Virus record (IMG/VR): IMGVR_UViG_3300021387_000357
Coordinates: 1-64,000 of that record
Strand: one strand, 5' to 3'
DNA: 64,000 bases
Source of the DNA: a virus
Taxonomy: Duplodnaviria; Caudoviricetes
A program made the position numbers and the translations under genes. The notes below the pieces were generated by a model. The model saw nothing but the letters and a program-made list of their open reading frames with translations, was not told where the DNA came from and searched no databases. Below, piece by piece: positions 1-10,603 of this stretch. How positions within the stretch are numbered: the stretch's first letter is position 1; the number at the start of each line of letters is the position of its first letter.

Positions 1-231
1 TATTTAATTACTGGTGTTGAAGATGGATGGATAAAAGTTGATAAAGCTACATGGGATGATTATCAATATTTAAAAACAAAAGAAAGAATGGAAATAGAGC
101 AAAAATTAGCTAATGCAAAATTTGCTTTATGGCAATCTGAGAATAAAATAATGAAAAATGAAAAAATGTGGGAAAATATAAGTTTGCAAGAAACAATTAA
201 GATGGCTTTTCCGCGGGATGGGATAAAATAA
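1..231 (+). CDS. 3' end of hypothetical protein (partial)
   Basis: Open frame from base 1 to TAA at 229-231 (YLITGVEDGWIKVDKATWDDY...). Confidence 0.6.
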   Translation, partial: YLITGVEDGWIKVDKATWDDYQYLKTKERMEIEQKLANAKFALWQSENKIMKNEKMWENISLQETIKMAFPRDGIK

Positions 232-389
232 GGTATTGGAAGCGAAAACCGCAAGCTTATACTTTAGAGAAGGCTCTTGAAACTTTGCAAACAATGTTGG
301 CTACACAGGACATTAATTTAATGATAGATTGGGCATATAATGAATTTATTCCACCTAATTGTGTGCATAGTTTAAAAATAAAATGAGGA

Positions 390-641
390 GTGGTAAATTT
401 GTTTAATAAATGTTTTTGTACATTAATTAAAATTAATAATAAAGAATCTGGTTATCTTGGATATAGTGATAATATAATTGATGATAGTATATCTATTGGT
501 AGTGATGATAATTGGACTCAATTAAATTTTGGAATTCAACATAATGGAAAATATATTCTTTGGGCATCTGGAGAGGGAAGATCAGAGTATTATCCAAAAT
601 ATTGCCCAGAGTGTGGAAGAAAATTAATATGGAAAAAATAA
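390..641 (+). CDS. hypothetical protein with C-terminal CPxCG zinc-ribbon motif
   Basis: ORF track; GAGGAG RBS upstream; CPECG motif. Confidence 0.6.
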   Translation: MVNLFNKCFCTLIKINNKESGYLGYSDNIIDDSISIGSDDNWTQLNFGIQHNGKYILWASGEGRSEYYPKYCPECGRKLIWKK

Positions 642-853
642 TTAAAGGATGCTTTAAAAATAATGGAGAATATAAAGAAGATGATAAATATACTCCTATT
701 TTAAATAATGGTGCGGTTATAGGTTTTATTGAATCGGTAGAAAAAGAAAATGTAAATTTTATATTATGGGGAAGATATATTTCTAAAGAATATTTAGCTG
801 GTAATCCTTTATATGGGACAGGAAAAGTTCTTCATTCAATTTCTTTTTGTTAA
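629..853 (+). CDS. hypothetical protein
   Basis: ATG at 629 overlapping previous gene end, in frame with ORF 560..853. Confidence 0.5.
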   Translation: MEKIIKGCFKNNGEYKEDDKYTPILNNGAVIGFIESVEKENVNFILWGRYISKEYLAGNPLYGTGKVLHSISFC

Positions 854-1288
854 ATCGTTTTTTAAATTGAAAAATATTTTTGGAGAGAGAAAATAATTTC
901 GTTTTTTTTGATTTGATAATGGTCTTGGAGAGAGATCGTTTTTTCGATTCAAAAATGCTTTTGGAGAGAGAAATGTGGAGACCAAATCATTTTAACAATT
1001 TCAAAAAATTTTCTTCCCAAAATACACCCCCCGGTATATTAACTACCTTGAGAAAATTCAAAGAGCCTTGGATAAATCCATAGGCGGGCAGCCCTTAATA
1101 AAATAATTGACCGCCAAACAAAACAACATTAATTACAGTCAATTGTTAGACAAATAAAAAGATAATGAATTAAATTTAATATTTATTTCATTATCTTTTT
1201 TAGCTTTAATTAAAAAAAATTTTTCTTTAATTATAATATGATTTACGTATTTGCTCGGCGCGCTTTTAAGCACTTTGCGCCGCTGTTT

Positions 1289-1460
1289 TGTCAAGTAGTA
1301 ATATTGCACAATTTTTCGCTGGATTTTTTGTGCAATATTACTACTTGACATTTCCCAAATTTTGTGCTTATTCGTCATAATGCACAAAAAAATTTTTTAT
1401 TTTTGTGCAATCTGCCTATTGGCATGAAGGAGTGGGGTTGTCAATAGGCAGATTGCACAA
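1289..1460. repeat. two long inverted repeats built from TGTCAA and TTGCACAA motifs
   Basis: 1289-1311 / 1328-1350 perfect 23-bp IR; 1403-1424 / 1439-1460 22-bp IR with one mismatch. Confidence 0.9.
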
Positions 1461-1891
1461 AGATGAGTCACTCTATTTGTGCAATATAACTAATAAAACA
1501 ATGAAAAAGTAAAAGTCAAGAAAAAAAGTATACAAAAATCTTTATAATTTTTTGTGCATTTTGTCTGTTGACAAAGTAAATAAGGTGTGCTATTATTAAG
1601 TCAAGAGAAAAGGAAAGGAGCGAAAGAGTAATGACTGAATACTTAGTTGTAATACAGTTAAATCATACAAAAATGATCTACAAGAAAACAAACAATGTTA
1701 GGTTAATAAAAGAGTTTATTAGAAGACTGTCAAGGACTTATAATGTAACTTCAGTTAGATGGATTAAACTTAATTCAAATAGAGCAGAGAAGGAGAATAG
1801 AGAATGATAGAAAATTTCTATCATTCTCTATCTTGACAATGTAAAAGTCTTTTGTTATAATTGTATTATCAAAAGAAAGGAAGTAAGTAGA

Positions 1892-2200
1892 ATGAAAAGA
1901 AGAACTGTTAAAAAAATTAAAGAATTTTTTGCACAGGTATTTGCGGCGATCTTGTTCCTTACTATCTTTTGTGGTTGCTCATGGTATGAAACACATTACA
2001 CCAAAATAGCAACAGTCATTTCAGTCTATGAGAATGTTGTAACAGTCAAGGATACGTTTGAAGAAGAATGGGAGTTCGAGGATGATGAGAGACAGTATTA
2101 CAAAGGTGATAAAGTTAAACTTACAATGAACTCATTAGGAACAGTAGACAATATCTATGATGATAGAATTGAAAGTGTGAAAAAAATAGTTGACAACTAA
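1892..2200 (+). CDS. hypothetical membrane-anchored protein
   Basis: Promoter + RBS; N-terminal hydrophobic segment; similar in plan to 8687..8977. Confidence 0.75.
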   Translation: MKRRTVKKIKEFFAQVFAAILFLTIFCGCSWYETHYTKIATVISVYENVVTVKDTFEEEWEFEDDERQYYKGDKVKLTMNSLGTVDNIYDDRIESVKKIVDN

Positions 2201-2590
2201 CTACGTAGATGATATAATACAATCAGAAAGAAACAAGAAAGGGGAATAAAATGAAAGCTTATATTACATTCTTTAATAAAGATAACACAGTTACTAAAGT
2301 TGTTTGGACACTTGATGAAGCTAAAAAAAATCTGAAAAAGAAAGACTTCGAAAAGCTGTGTGATTGGGTAGGGATCCACAATTCAAGAATGACAGGATAC
2401 ATTGCATAAAAAGAAGCTGAAAAGCTTCTTTTTTTATTTATTACAGTACATGGATTGTTAAAAAAATAACAAACGCAGGCGGCCGGGGGGAGGCCGAAAA
2501 AATTATACCACACATGGTTGCAGTTTGTCAAGACTAACTTTGTGGTAATTTTGTACAAATTTATCTTCCTAAAATTGTGCAGTTTTTTCA

Positions 2591-3030
2591 CTTTAACACA
2601 TTAAAGTATTAAAGCTATGATAGTAGCAAGATTGTTAAAAAATTAACACACTTTACTATGTTAGCAAGCTGACACTTTAACGCGTTAAAGTATTAAAGAA
2701 GTAACGCGTTAATGTATTAAAGTATTAAAACTTTAATACTTTAAAGTATAACAGTTTAACACATTAACGCGTTAATACTTTACTATGCTAGCGGGCAAAC
2801 TCTTTAACGCGTTAAAGCGTAACAGTTTAAAGTGTTAATGCAGTAATATTTTAACGTATTACAGTAGTAAAATTGTTAAAAAATTAATACACTTTACCAC
2901 ATTAAAGCATTATTGTATTAAAACTTTAACGTATTACAGCACTAAAATTGTTAAAAAAATAACATACTTTAACGCTTTAAACTGCAACACTTTAACACGT
3001 TAATAGACTGAAGATTGTTAAAAAATTAAC
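2591..3030. repeat. non-coding array of degenerate ~9-bp units with TTAACGCGTTAA palindromes and ATTGTTAAAAAATTAA motifs
   Basis: Units such as TTAACGCGT/TTAAAGTAT/TTAATACTT recur in register; four (T/G)TAACGCGTTAA; four ATTGTTAAAAAA(T/A)TAA. Confidence 0.85.
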
Positions 3031-3144
3031 GAATGTATAAATATTCATTTTATGAAAATGAAAAAAATGATTGACAGATTAAAATAGATGTGATATTATT
3101 ACTACAGAAATTGATAAACAAATAAATGCAAGGGGGATAAAAAA

Positions 3145-3363
3145 ATGACTTATACTTATTCAATCTCTTTCATGGATAAAAACGGTTCTTTTTCTAAAGT
3201 AGGAATGGGGACTGAAGAACAGATGTTCGAAACTGCTTTGGAAATTGACAAACTCGGTGGAGAGCTGAGAACAGTTGTTCGAGAAGTCTGGGAACAAGTC
3301 GATGGAATCATCCGCCTTGTAAAAATTCAGCCTTATAAAATGGGAAAACCTACCGATAAATAA
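3145..3363 (+). CDS. hypothetical protein
   Basis: Promoter, GGGG RBS, hairpin at stop. Confidence 0.7.
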   Translation: MTYTYSISFMDKNGSFSKVGMGTEEQMFETALEIDKLGGELRTVVREVWEQVDGIIRLVKIQPYKMGKPTDK

Positions 3364-3473
3364 AATCGGTAGGTTTCCAAAAAAAAATATCAAAATTGCA
3401 AAAAAAATGATTGACAACTAACTATGCAGATGATATAATACAATCAGAAAGAAACAAGAAAGGGGAATAAAAA

Positions 3474-3665
3474 ATGATGAATAGATTTGAAGAAGAAATG
3501 CTCTGGAGTGAAATGGAAGAAATGGGAATCCTTCCCATCGAAACAAATGTTCTTTCTGAATGCGCCATTTATCAAAGAACAGAAACCAACCATCACGGAA
3601 TAACCTATGAAGTATGGAAGGGAGTGAGCGGAAAAATTTACCATCTTATTAAAGAAAGAAGCTGA
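3474..3665 (+). CDS. hypothetical protein
   Basis: Promoter, RBS, hairpin at stop. Confidence 0.7.
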   Translation: MMNRFEEEMLWSEMEEMGILPIETNVLSECAIYQRTETNHHGITYEVWKGVSGKIYHLIKERS

Positions 3666-4289
3666 AAAGCTTCTTTTTTTTTAGTAAAAACATTATTAAA
3701 TTTTTAACGAACTCGATCAGTAACTGCCGAAAAATTATATCACACATACAATCAACTTGTCAAGAGAAAAAATGCAATTTTTTAGAAAAAAATTTGCTTT
3801 CCCATTATTGACAAAATAAAAGGAATAGTATATTATAAGGGTACAAACAAGGAAGGAGAAAGAAAATGACTTACAAAGTTTATGAAAAATGCGGAAAAGA
3901 TACAGTTTTGAGAATGGCAACTGAAAACAGAGAACTTGCAATTAACTACCTTGATTTTAAGCGGTCACACTGGGCAACAGTCTGGATGGAAGTTGAAAAA
4001 GAAGCCTAAAAAAGGCTTCTTTTTTTTATAAAAAATTTTAAAAAAGCTTGACAAATAATTTGATCCGCGTTATAATACAATCAGAAAAAGAAAGGGGAAC
4101 AAAAAAATGACAGAACTTGAAATAATGGTTATCGCCGGAGCAAGCCTTGCAGATCTTCTTAGAGAAGCGGGAATCACTCCTGAGGAATGGGAAGAGGGTT
4201 AAAAACCTCTTCCAAAATAAAAAAAGTTCTTGACAGATCAAAAAGCCTATGATATAATAAGTACAGAAAACAAGAGAGGAGATAAAAAA

Positions 4290-4454
4290 ATGTTAAAAAT
4301 TTACACAATTAATAATGGGACTGCATACATGATTCGCCTGACAGGTCCAAAATTTACATGGACTTCCAAAATCTACAACATTGCTACAGAAGCTCAGGGA
4401 AAGACTTTTTCTTCTAAGGAACAGGCTCAGGCATGGATTGATGAGAGACTGTAA
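4290..4454 (+). CDS. hypothetical protein
   Basis: GAGGAG RBS before ATG 4290; hairpin at stop. Confidence 0.65.
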   Translation: MLKIYTINNGTAYMIRLTGPKFTWTSKIYNIATEAQGKTFSSKEQAQAWIDERL

Positions 4455-4559
4455 AGTCTCTCATCTTTTTTGAAGAATACAAAGTAAATTGAATAAAAAA
4501 GCTTGACAAATATCTTACCATTTGATATAATATAATCAGAAAAGGAAAGGAGAAACAAA

Positions 4560-4751
4560 ATGACACAGAATGAGATGATGAAATACGATCAAATGGTAGA
4601 ATGGAACATTGCAACCACTGAGGAACTGAACCTTGCAAGAAATCTTCTGAGTGGTAGTTGGAATGAGGTTCTTGATGCGGTCTGCTATGTAAGAACTGGA
4701 TACAGAACATGGGAAAGCTTCATTGAAAATGAGATGGAAGAAGAGGACTAA
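4560..4751 (+). CDS. hypothetical protein
   Basis: Promoter, AGGAG RBS, hairpin at stop. Confidence 0.7.
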   Translation: MTQNEMMKYDQMVEWNIATTEELNLARNLLSGSWNEVLDAVCYVRTGYRTWESFIENEMEEED

Positions 4752-4776
4752 AAAAGTCCTCTCTTCTTATGATGAA

Positions 4777-4915
4777 AAATTCTATTATAGATTTTTTCTA
4801 TTATAGAAATTTTCTATAATAGAATTTTTCTATTATTAATTTTTTCTATTATAGAAATTTTCTATAATAGAATTTTTCTATTATTAATTTTTTCTATTAT
4901 AGAAATTTTCTATAA
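4777..4915. repeat. tandem array of ~16-bp imperfect palindromes (TTTTCTATWATAGAAA)
   Basis: About 8 units with a 48-bp higher-order period, directly readable in the sequence. Confidence 0.9.
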
Positions 4916-5114
4916 ATTTCGTCGCGCCGAGGGCGCGCGGGCTCTGCCCGATCCTCAATTATACCAGATCCTTGCAGATTTGTCTATAGGCAATTTGCAC
5001 AAAGATTCTGCTCAATTTTTTCCCAAAATTGTGCAATATTTTTTCAAAAAATAGTTGACAGGCGACCGCCCATGTGATATACTACGTACAGAAAGGAACA
5101 AGAGAGGAGAAAAA

Positions 5115-5351
5115 ATGAGAAAAATGAAATCTGAGCCTTTTATTGGTCTTCCTATTAGATTCGTGCTTTTATTGATTGTGTTGGTTTTGGCATGGTACGC
5201 ATATGGCATCTATAACTATAACCACGGTTTTTGTAGAAAATGCAATCACTTATATGTAACTAATTAGTGGGTTTACAATGGAAATTCTTTTACTAATTAT
5301 CATTGCAATAATTGCGGGAATCATGGCATTGTTTTAGATATATTAAAATAA
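5115..5351 (+). CDS. membrane-anchored zinc-ribbon protein (one in-frame TAG)
   Basis: CRKC...[TAG 5265-5267]...CNNC; second CxxC pair only reached by TAG read-through; ends TAA. Confidence 0.65.
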
Positions 5352-5366
5352 AGAAGGGAAGAAAAA

Positions 5367-5552
5367 ATGAGAAAATTTAAAAAACACTATCACACTTGGC
5401 CTTTTATCCATACATTAACTCTTGTTTTCATTGTTTTAAAACTTTTTAATGTAATTACATGGTCATGGATTTGGGTATTTTCTCCAATATGGATTTCTTT
5501 TCTTATTGGTATTATTTGCGTAATTCTTTTAATAACAGTTTTTAAAGATTGA
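5367..5552 (+). CDS. transmembrane fragile-X-F-like small membrane protein
   Basis: Motif LTLVFIVLKLFNVITWSWIWVFSPIW typical of this phage membrane family. Confidence 0.7.
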   Translation: MRKFKKHYHTWPFIHTLTLVFIVLKLFNVITWSWIWVFSPIWISFLIGIICVILLITVFKD

Positions 5553-5654
5553 TTTTAAAAGACTATGAAAAATTATTTTTCATAATCTTTTTTCTATTGA
5601 CAAATAAAATAAAAAATGATATAATGTACTTACAAAAAAGAAGGGGGAAATAAA

Positions 5655-5840
5655 ATGGCACTTGATAAAGCAATTCAGCACGGAAAAGAGCATAGAAAAC
5701 CCTATACTGGAAGCAAGTCAGTTGATAAAACTTGTAGAAATCATGGAGGATGTCCTTGGTGTGAAGAAAACCGCAAATATAAAAATATAAAAAGATTGCA
5801 AAAAACGCTTGACAAACTCAAAGAGATGGGATATAATTAA
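5655..5840 (+). CDS. conserved phage hypothetical protein (DKTCRNHGGCPWC motif)
   Basis: Promoter, RBS, Cys/His motif. Confidence 0.75.
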   Translation: MALDKAIQHGKEHRKPYTGSKSVDKTCRNHGGCPWCEENRKYKNIKRLQKTLDKLKEMGYN

Positions 5841-5869
5841 GATACAGAAAAGGAAAGGGGAAATAAAAA

Positions 5870-6310
5870 ATGACAGCTACAATCTTCTTTGATATGGATG
5901 GAACTATCGCCGATCTCTACGGTGTCAAGAATTGGCTTGATTATCTGATTGCTTCTGATACACTTCCATATGAAATTGCGAAACCTCTTGTAAAACTCAA
6001 TTCTCTTGCAAGAATCCTGAACAGGCTTCAAAGAAATGGTTACAGAATTGGCGTTATCTCGTGGCTGTCAAAAAGCGGAACAGATGATTATAACAAAGCA
6101 GTTACAGAAACTAAAAGAAATTGGTTGAAAAAGCACCTTGCAAGCGTTAACTTTGATGAAATCCATATTGTAAAATATGGAACTCCCAAACAGATGTTTG
6201 CAAAAACCGTCAATGACATCCTTTTTGATGATGAAGAAAAAAACCGTACTAACTGGACTGGAAAAGCATTTGATGTTGATTCTATTATCGAAATTCTCAA
6301 AGGGATGTAA
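5870..6310 (+). CDS. HAD-superfamily 5'(3')-deoxyribonucleotidase-like protein
   Basis: FFDMDGT motif I and LFDDE motif IV. Confidence 0.8.
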   Translation: MTATIFFDMDGTIADLYGVKNWLDYLIASDTLPYEIAKPLVKLNSLARILNRLQRNGYRIGVISWLSKSGTDDYNKAVTETKRNWLKKHLASVNFDEIHIVKYGTPKQMFAKTVNDILFDDEEKNRTNWTGKAFDVDSIIEILKGM

Positions 6311-6381
6311 AAATCCCCTTGACATTTTCAAAAACATCTGATATAATTAAACCATCAAAAAAAGAAAGGAAAAATTTAAAA

Positions 6382-6573
6382 ATGAGACTTGTAAATTATG
6401 AGGCGAAGACGGCAGATGGTTCTAATTTTACCACCACAAGATACGCGGAAGCTACTACGGCCGGAAATCGCATCACAAAAACTTTTCTTACCGAGTATGA
6501 GAAGACCCCGGAAAAACAGCAGGAATGGTTTAAAAAGCACCGTGAGAAGGTGCGGGAAAAGTTCAATTTTTAA
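6382..6573 (+). CDS. hypothetical protein
   Basis: Promoter, RBS before ATG 6382. Confidence 0.65.
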   Translation: MRLVNYEAKTADGSNFTTTRYAEATTAGNRITKTFLTEYEKTPEKQQEWFKKHREKVREKFNF

Positions 6574-7119
6574 AAATAAAATTTTAAAATCCCTTCTTAA
6601 TTTTTATTTTAGAAGGGATTTTTAATATGAATTTTTCATTTTCCCTCTTGACAAATGGCGGGGCGCCAGCGTTCCTCTGGCGCCGAAAAATTTAATTATA
6701 ACGCACCCCGCACATTTTGTCAAGTGATTTTTGTTCGGTAGATTATACAAATTTTTTCCCAATATTTTGTGCAATATTACCACTTGTATTTTTAATACAA
6801 TCTGCTATAATTATAATTGTCAAGGGGAGAGGTAATAGGTGCGGACGTCCACTAAATGCACAGCCTCGGAAACCGTCAAAAAAATAATCGTAAAACCCCT
6901 TGACAAATAAATAAAAATCTGCTATAATAAAGTTACAAAAGTCAAGAGAACGACAGAGATGAAGTCATTGAAAGTGAGAAATGTGTATCCGCGGTAACAC
7001 AGCTTCCACTTCCCCAACAAATAAAAATCTTGAAAATTCTTCTTGACAAACAACTGAATATCTGCTATAATAAAGGTACAAAAACAAAAGAAAACCAAAA
7101 AAGAAAGGAAGTATGAATC

Positions 7120-7464
7120 ATGACTAAGAGAGAGATGTTCGCAGAAATCCGTAACGCAGTTATCGACAACGCTGAGATGGTTGCTTTCATCGACCATGAG
7201 ATCGAGCTTCTGGATAACAAGCGAAGTGCTTCTAAAAAGCCCACCAAGACCCAGATTGAGAATGAGGGCTTCAAAGCAACCCTGATGGAGTATTTTACGA
7301 GAGTGGATGCCCCGAAGACCATCAAGGAGATTCAGGCAGAGGTGCAGGAGATGGCTGATCTTACCAACCAGCGCATTACCCATCTGCTTTCCGATCTTGT
7401 CAAGACCGGTGTTGTTACCAAGGAGTATGTAAAAAAGGTTCCCTACTTCTCCATTGCCGCCTGA
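7120..7464 (+). CDS. winged-helix-like protein, MTKREMF paralog 1
   Basis: Clear similarity to 10116 and 11822 ORFs; C-terminal T-x-K-E-I...NQRITHLL...VKK pattern fits wHTH (inference). Confidence 0.75.
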   Translation: MTKREMFAEIRNAVIDNAEMVAFIDHEIELLDNKRSASKKPTKTQIENEGFKATLMEYFTRVDAPKTIKEIQAEVQEMADLTNQRITHLLSDLVKTGVVTKEYVKKVPYFSIAA

Positions 7465-8319
7465 GCGGTAACGTAAAGACAGCTACTTTTAGTAGCTGTC
7501 TTTTTTATTGGACGTCGCGCGAGCACCCGCCGCGCGACGAAACTCCATTATAACATACCTCGCCCATTTTTGTCAATAGAAAAATTGCACAAATTTTCAT
7601 TAGTTTTAATCCCAAAATTTACGCTTGACAAACAAATATTTATTTATTATAATGTACTTACAAAAGAAAAGAAGAGGAAAATAAAATGTTAAGATTAGCT
7701 ATCTTATTAGATACCAACCCGGTTATGTTCTGGTTTTTAATTGGTTTTATTCACTATCCTGCAATTATGATTATTATTTTTGCAATTATTGATAAAATTA
7801 AAAGAAAATAATTGACAAATTATCCGGTATCTGTTATAATAAATACAGAAGATAAGAAAGGAGATAACAAATGTTTTACCTTACTTATGATTTAGGAAAG
7901 TGGAATGACGAAACTGTTTGTGAAGAATTCGAAACAGTGGAAGAACTCCTCGAAGAGTATGAAGAAATTAAATGGGAAGCTTGTGAAATCGAAGCATGGA
8001 AAGATGATAAAAAAATCGCTCCATGGTACAAATAATGCTTGACAAACAAACCGGAATCTATTATACTTAAATCATCAAAAGAAAGGAAGTAATAAAAATG
8101 AAAACTTATACAGAAGATGAGATCAAAGTTTGGTTTGATGAAAAGAAAAAAAAGTATCCTAACAGTGTTACTCTTAAGCACTTGGAAGCAATAGAATTCA
8201 TGATGTTTAATAAAAGTTTTGGTGATAGAGATTGCTTGGAAAAAATAAAAGAAAAGAGTTGACAAATAAACCGGAATCTGTTATAATTAAATCATCAAAG
8301 AGAGAAAGGAAAAATAAAA

Positions 8320-8604
8320 ATGGAAGAAATGATTAATCCCGCATACGCTAAACCAATTATTGATCTTGCTAATCTTTGTACTGAAGACAATATCCCTTGC
8401 ACTATCAATCCTATTTATGATGGTTTTCAGATTCGCTTCCCTTGGAATAATGGAGACATGGTTTGTCATAATTTTTCTTATGGTCATGCTGAGGGGTATG
8501 TAGAATCTTACGGCTGCCCTTGGGATGAAGGTAATGTATCTTGCCTTTCTGTTAAAGAAGCATTTTTTAAACTTGCTTCTTGGTTTAGAGAAACTGAGAA
8601 TTAA
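8320..8604 (+). CDS. hypothetical protein
   Basis: Promoter, RBS, hairpin at stop. Confidence 0.75.
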   Translation: MEEMINPAYAKPIIDLANLCTEDNIPCTINPIYDGFQIRFPWNNGDMVCHNFSYGHAEGYVESYGCPWDEGNVSCLSVKEAFFKLASWFRETEN

Positions 8605-8686
8605 TTCTCAGTTTCTCTAAAGAATCCTTGACAAATAATTTCATCTATAGTATACTTAAACCATCAAGAGAGAGGAAAAAATAAAA

Positions 8687-8977
8687 ATGTTTACAAAAAT
8701 TATGGCTCTATTATCCCTTATTACAGCTCTTGGCGGCGCCCCTGCCCAGGAACATTCAATCTACATGCGATGTATGGAAGTTACAAACCTGAATTATAGA
8801 ACAGATGTTGTAACGTGCGTTGATTCTGTGGGTTTTGAATGGAAGTTTACAGGATGTGAGGACTATTGTGAAAATGATATTGTCTGCGCTCTAATGGATA
8901 CAATGGGAACAGAGGATACTATTAAAGATGATGTTATTTTAAAAATCAATTACAGCGGTTATAACAGAGCAAATTAA
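8687..8977 (+). CDS. hypothetical secreted/membrane protein
   Basis: Signal-peptide-like N-terminus; promoter, RBS. Confidence 0.7.
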   Translation: MFTKIMALLSLITALGGAPAQEHSIYMRCMEVTNLNYRTDVVTCVDSVGFEWKFTGCEDYCENDIVCALMDTMGTEDTIKDDVILKINYSGYNRAN

Positions 8978-9294
8978 TTTGCTCTGTTTTTTTTTATCGC
9001 CGCGCTGGCGTCCGAGCCAGCGCGGAATTTCCATTATACCACCTGCTGCACTTTTTGTCAAGTGAAAACCGCCAAAAAATTGCACAAACTTTTATCCCAA
9101 AATTAGTGCAAAATTACCTCTTGATTTTTTAAAAAACTTTTGTTATAATGTATTTACAAGGTAAGGGAAAGAAAAAGTAAGGTGGTCGGCAGAGCATGAC
9201 GCCTTCTGATTATCTGAAAAAACTTTTAAAAAACCTTGACAAAACAAAAAGCCTATGATATAATAAAGGTACAAAAGAAAGAGAGGTAAACAAA

Positions 9295-9489
9295 ATGACA
9301 AAGACTTACAAGATTGTTACTATTGAAACGGCAGATATTGATATTCAGCGTTGCATAGGTGTTATGATGGATGCGCTTAGAGATCATCTGTATGATGAAT
9401 ATGAAATTGATTATCATAAGCATGAACAGATCATTCCTGAACTTATGAGAGACATTGCTGAATATCTTAAGAAACCTATTGACAAATAA
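9295..9489 (+). CDS. hypothetical protein
   Basis: Promoter, GAGGT RBS. Confidence 0.7.
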   Translation: MTKTYKIVTIETADIDIQRCIGVMMDALRDHLYDEYEIDYHKHEQIIPELMRDIAEYLKKPIDK

Positions 9490-10115
9490 AAAAAATTTGT
9501 AGTATAATAAAAATACAAAAGAAAAGAAAGGAAAATAAAAATGATTAAGAGAATTAAAGTATACTTTTTCCTTCGTAAACTTGGTGTAAAAAATGCGTGG
9601 AAAGCAAGTGGTGATAAAGAATTCATTCAGTTTTAAAAAGGAGCGATAATATTATGAGAGATCCGCCGAATTAAACCATTTAAAAATTAATTTAAAAAAA
9701 ATAAAAAACTCTTGACAAACTTCCCAGAGTGTGGTACAATAAGTTTAGTCAAGAAGAAAGGTTGATAAAGAAAGGAGACAGGTAATGCGGAAACCGAGAG
9801 ATTGGGTTTAGTTCTTTTGGCTGAGTAGAAAAGCTATCACATCAAAATTTAATAAAAAATAGATAAAAACCACCTACGATAAGAAAAGAGGTTTGGTATT
9901 ATGGTTGGACGATTTAGGATTAAAGGGTTGAGTGCCGCCCGATGACACAAAAAGGCACAAGGGATAGATACGCCAATGGCGGACAGATTGAGAAAGTGGC
10001 TACCGCGGAGCCTTCCCGATATAAGGATTTTTAAAAAACTCTTGACAAACTTAAAAAAATAAAGTATAATAAAGATACAAAAGAAAACAAATAAAAAGAA
10101 AGAGGTGCTTACACT

Positions 10116-10475
10116 ATGACTAAGAGAGAAATGTTTGCTGAGATTCGTAAGGTTGTTGCTGATAACGCTGAGATGGTAGCTTTCATCGACCATGAGGTTG
10201 AACTTCTGGACAAGAAGAAGTCCGGTTCTCGTAAGCCCACTAAAACGCAGGTTGAGAATGATGGGTTTAAGGCTGACATTCTCACAGCTCTTGCAGAAGT
10301 TGACGAGCCTGTCACCATCAAGGATCTGGTTGAGATTTGCCCCACGCTTGCAGACCTCACCAATCAGCGTATCACTCACCTGCTCACCGACCTTCGCAAG
10401 GATGGCAAGATTGCCCGTTCCTACGTTAAAAAGGTAGCCTACTTCTCCCTTGGCTCTGAGGATGAGGTAGAGTAA
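10116..10475 (+). CDS. winged-helix-like protein, MTKREMF paralog 2
   Basis: Paralog of 7120/11822. Confidence 0.75.
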   Translation: MTKREMFAEIRKVVADNAEMVAFIDHEVELLDKKKSGSRKPTKTQVENDGFKADILTALAEVDEPVTIKDLVEICPTLADLTNQRITHLLTDLRKDGKIARSYVKKVAYFSLGSEDEVE

Positions 10476-10518
10476 GGCGAAAGGGGTTTGCGGTCATCCC
10501 TTAAAACCGCACTTTTCT

Positions 10519-10603
10519 GGGGGTTTAGTGTTAACTGGTGGCACAGTTTTGCGGTGTTCGCACGTAAGCAAAACAAGGACAGGTTCGATCCCTGTAACCC
10601 TCA
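10519..10603 (+). ncRNA. tRNA-like RNA with anticodon loop replaced by a UUCG hairpin
   Basis: Acceptor GGGGGTT/AACCCTC, D arm GTG/CAC, T arm ACAGG-TTCGATC-CCTGT; 7-bp stem GTTTTGC/GCAAAAC closes GGTGTTCGCACGTAA. Confidence 0.7.

Noticed and set aside
880-1083. ORF 880..1083
   Set aside because: No RBS, made of repeated GGAGAGAGA-type non-coding motifs, and ends in TAG, which is not a stop under the proposed code
2591-4915. CRISPR array interpretation of the repeat arrays
   Set aside because: Units are 9-16 bp, abut each other and have no unique spacers; no cas genes in the window
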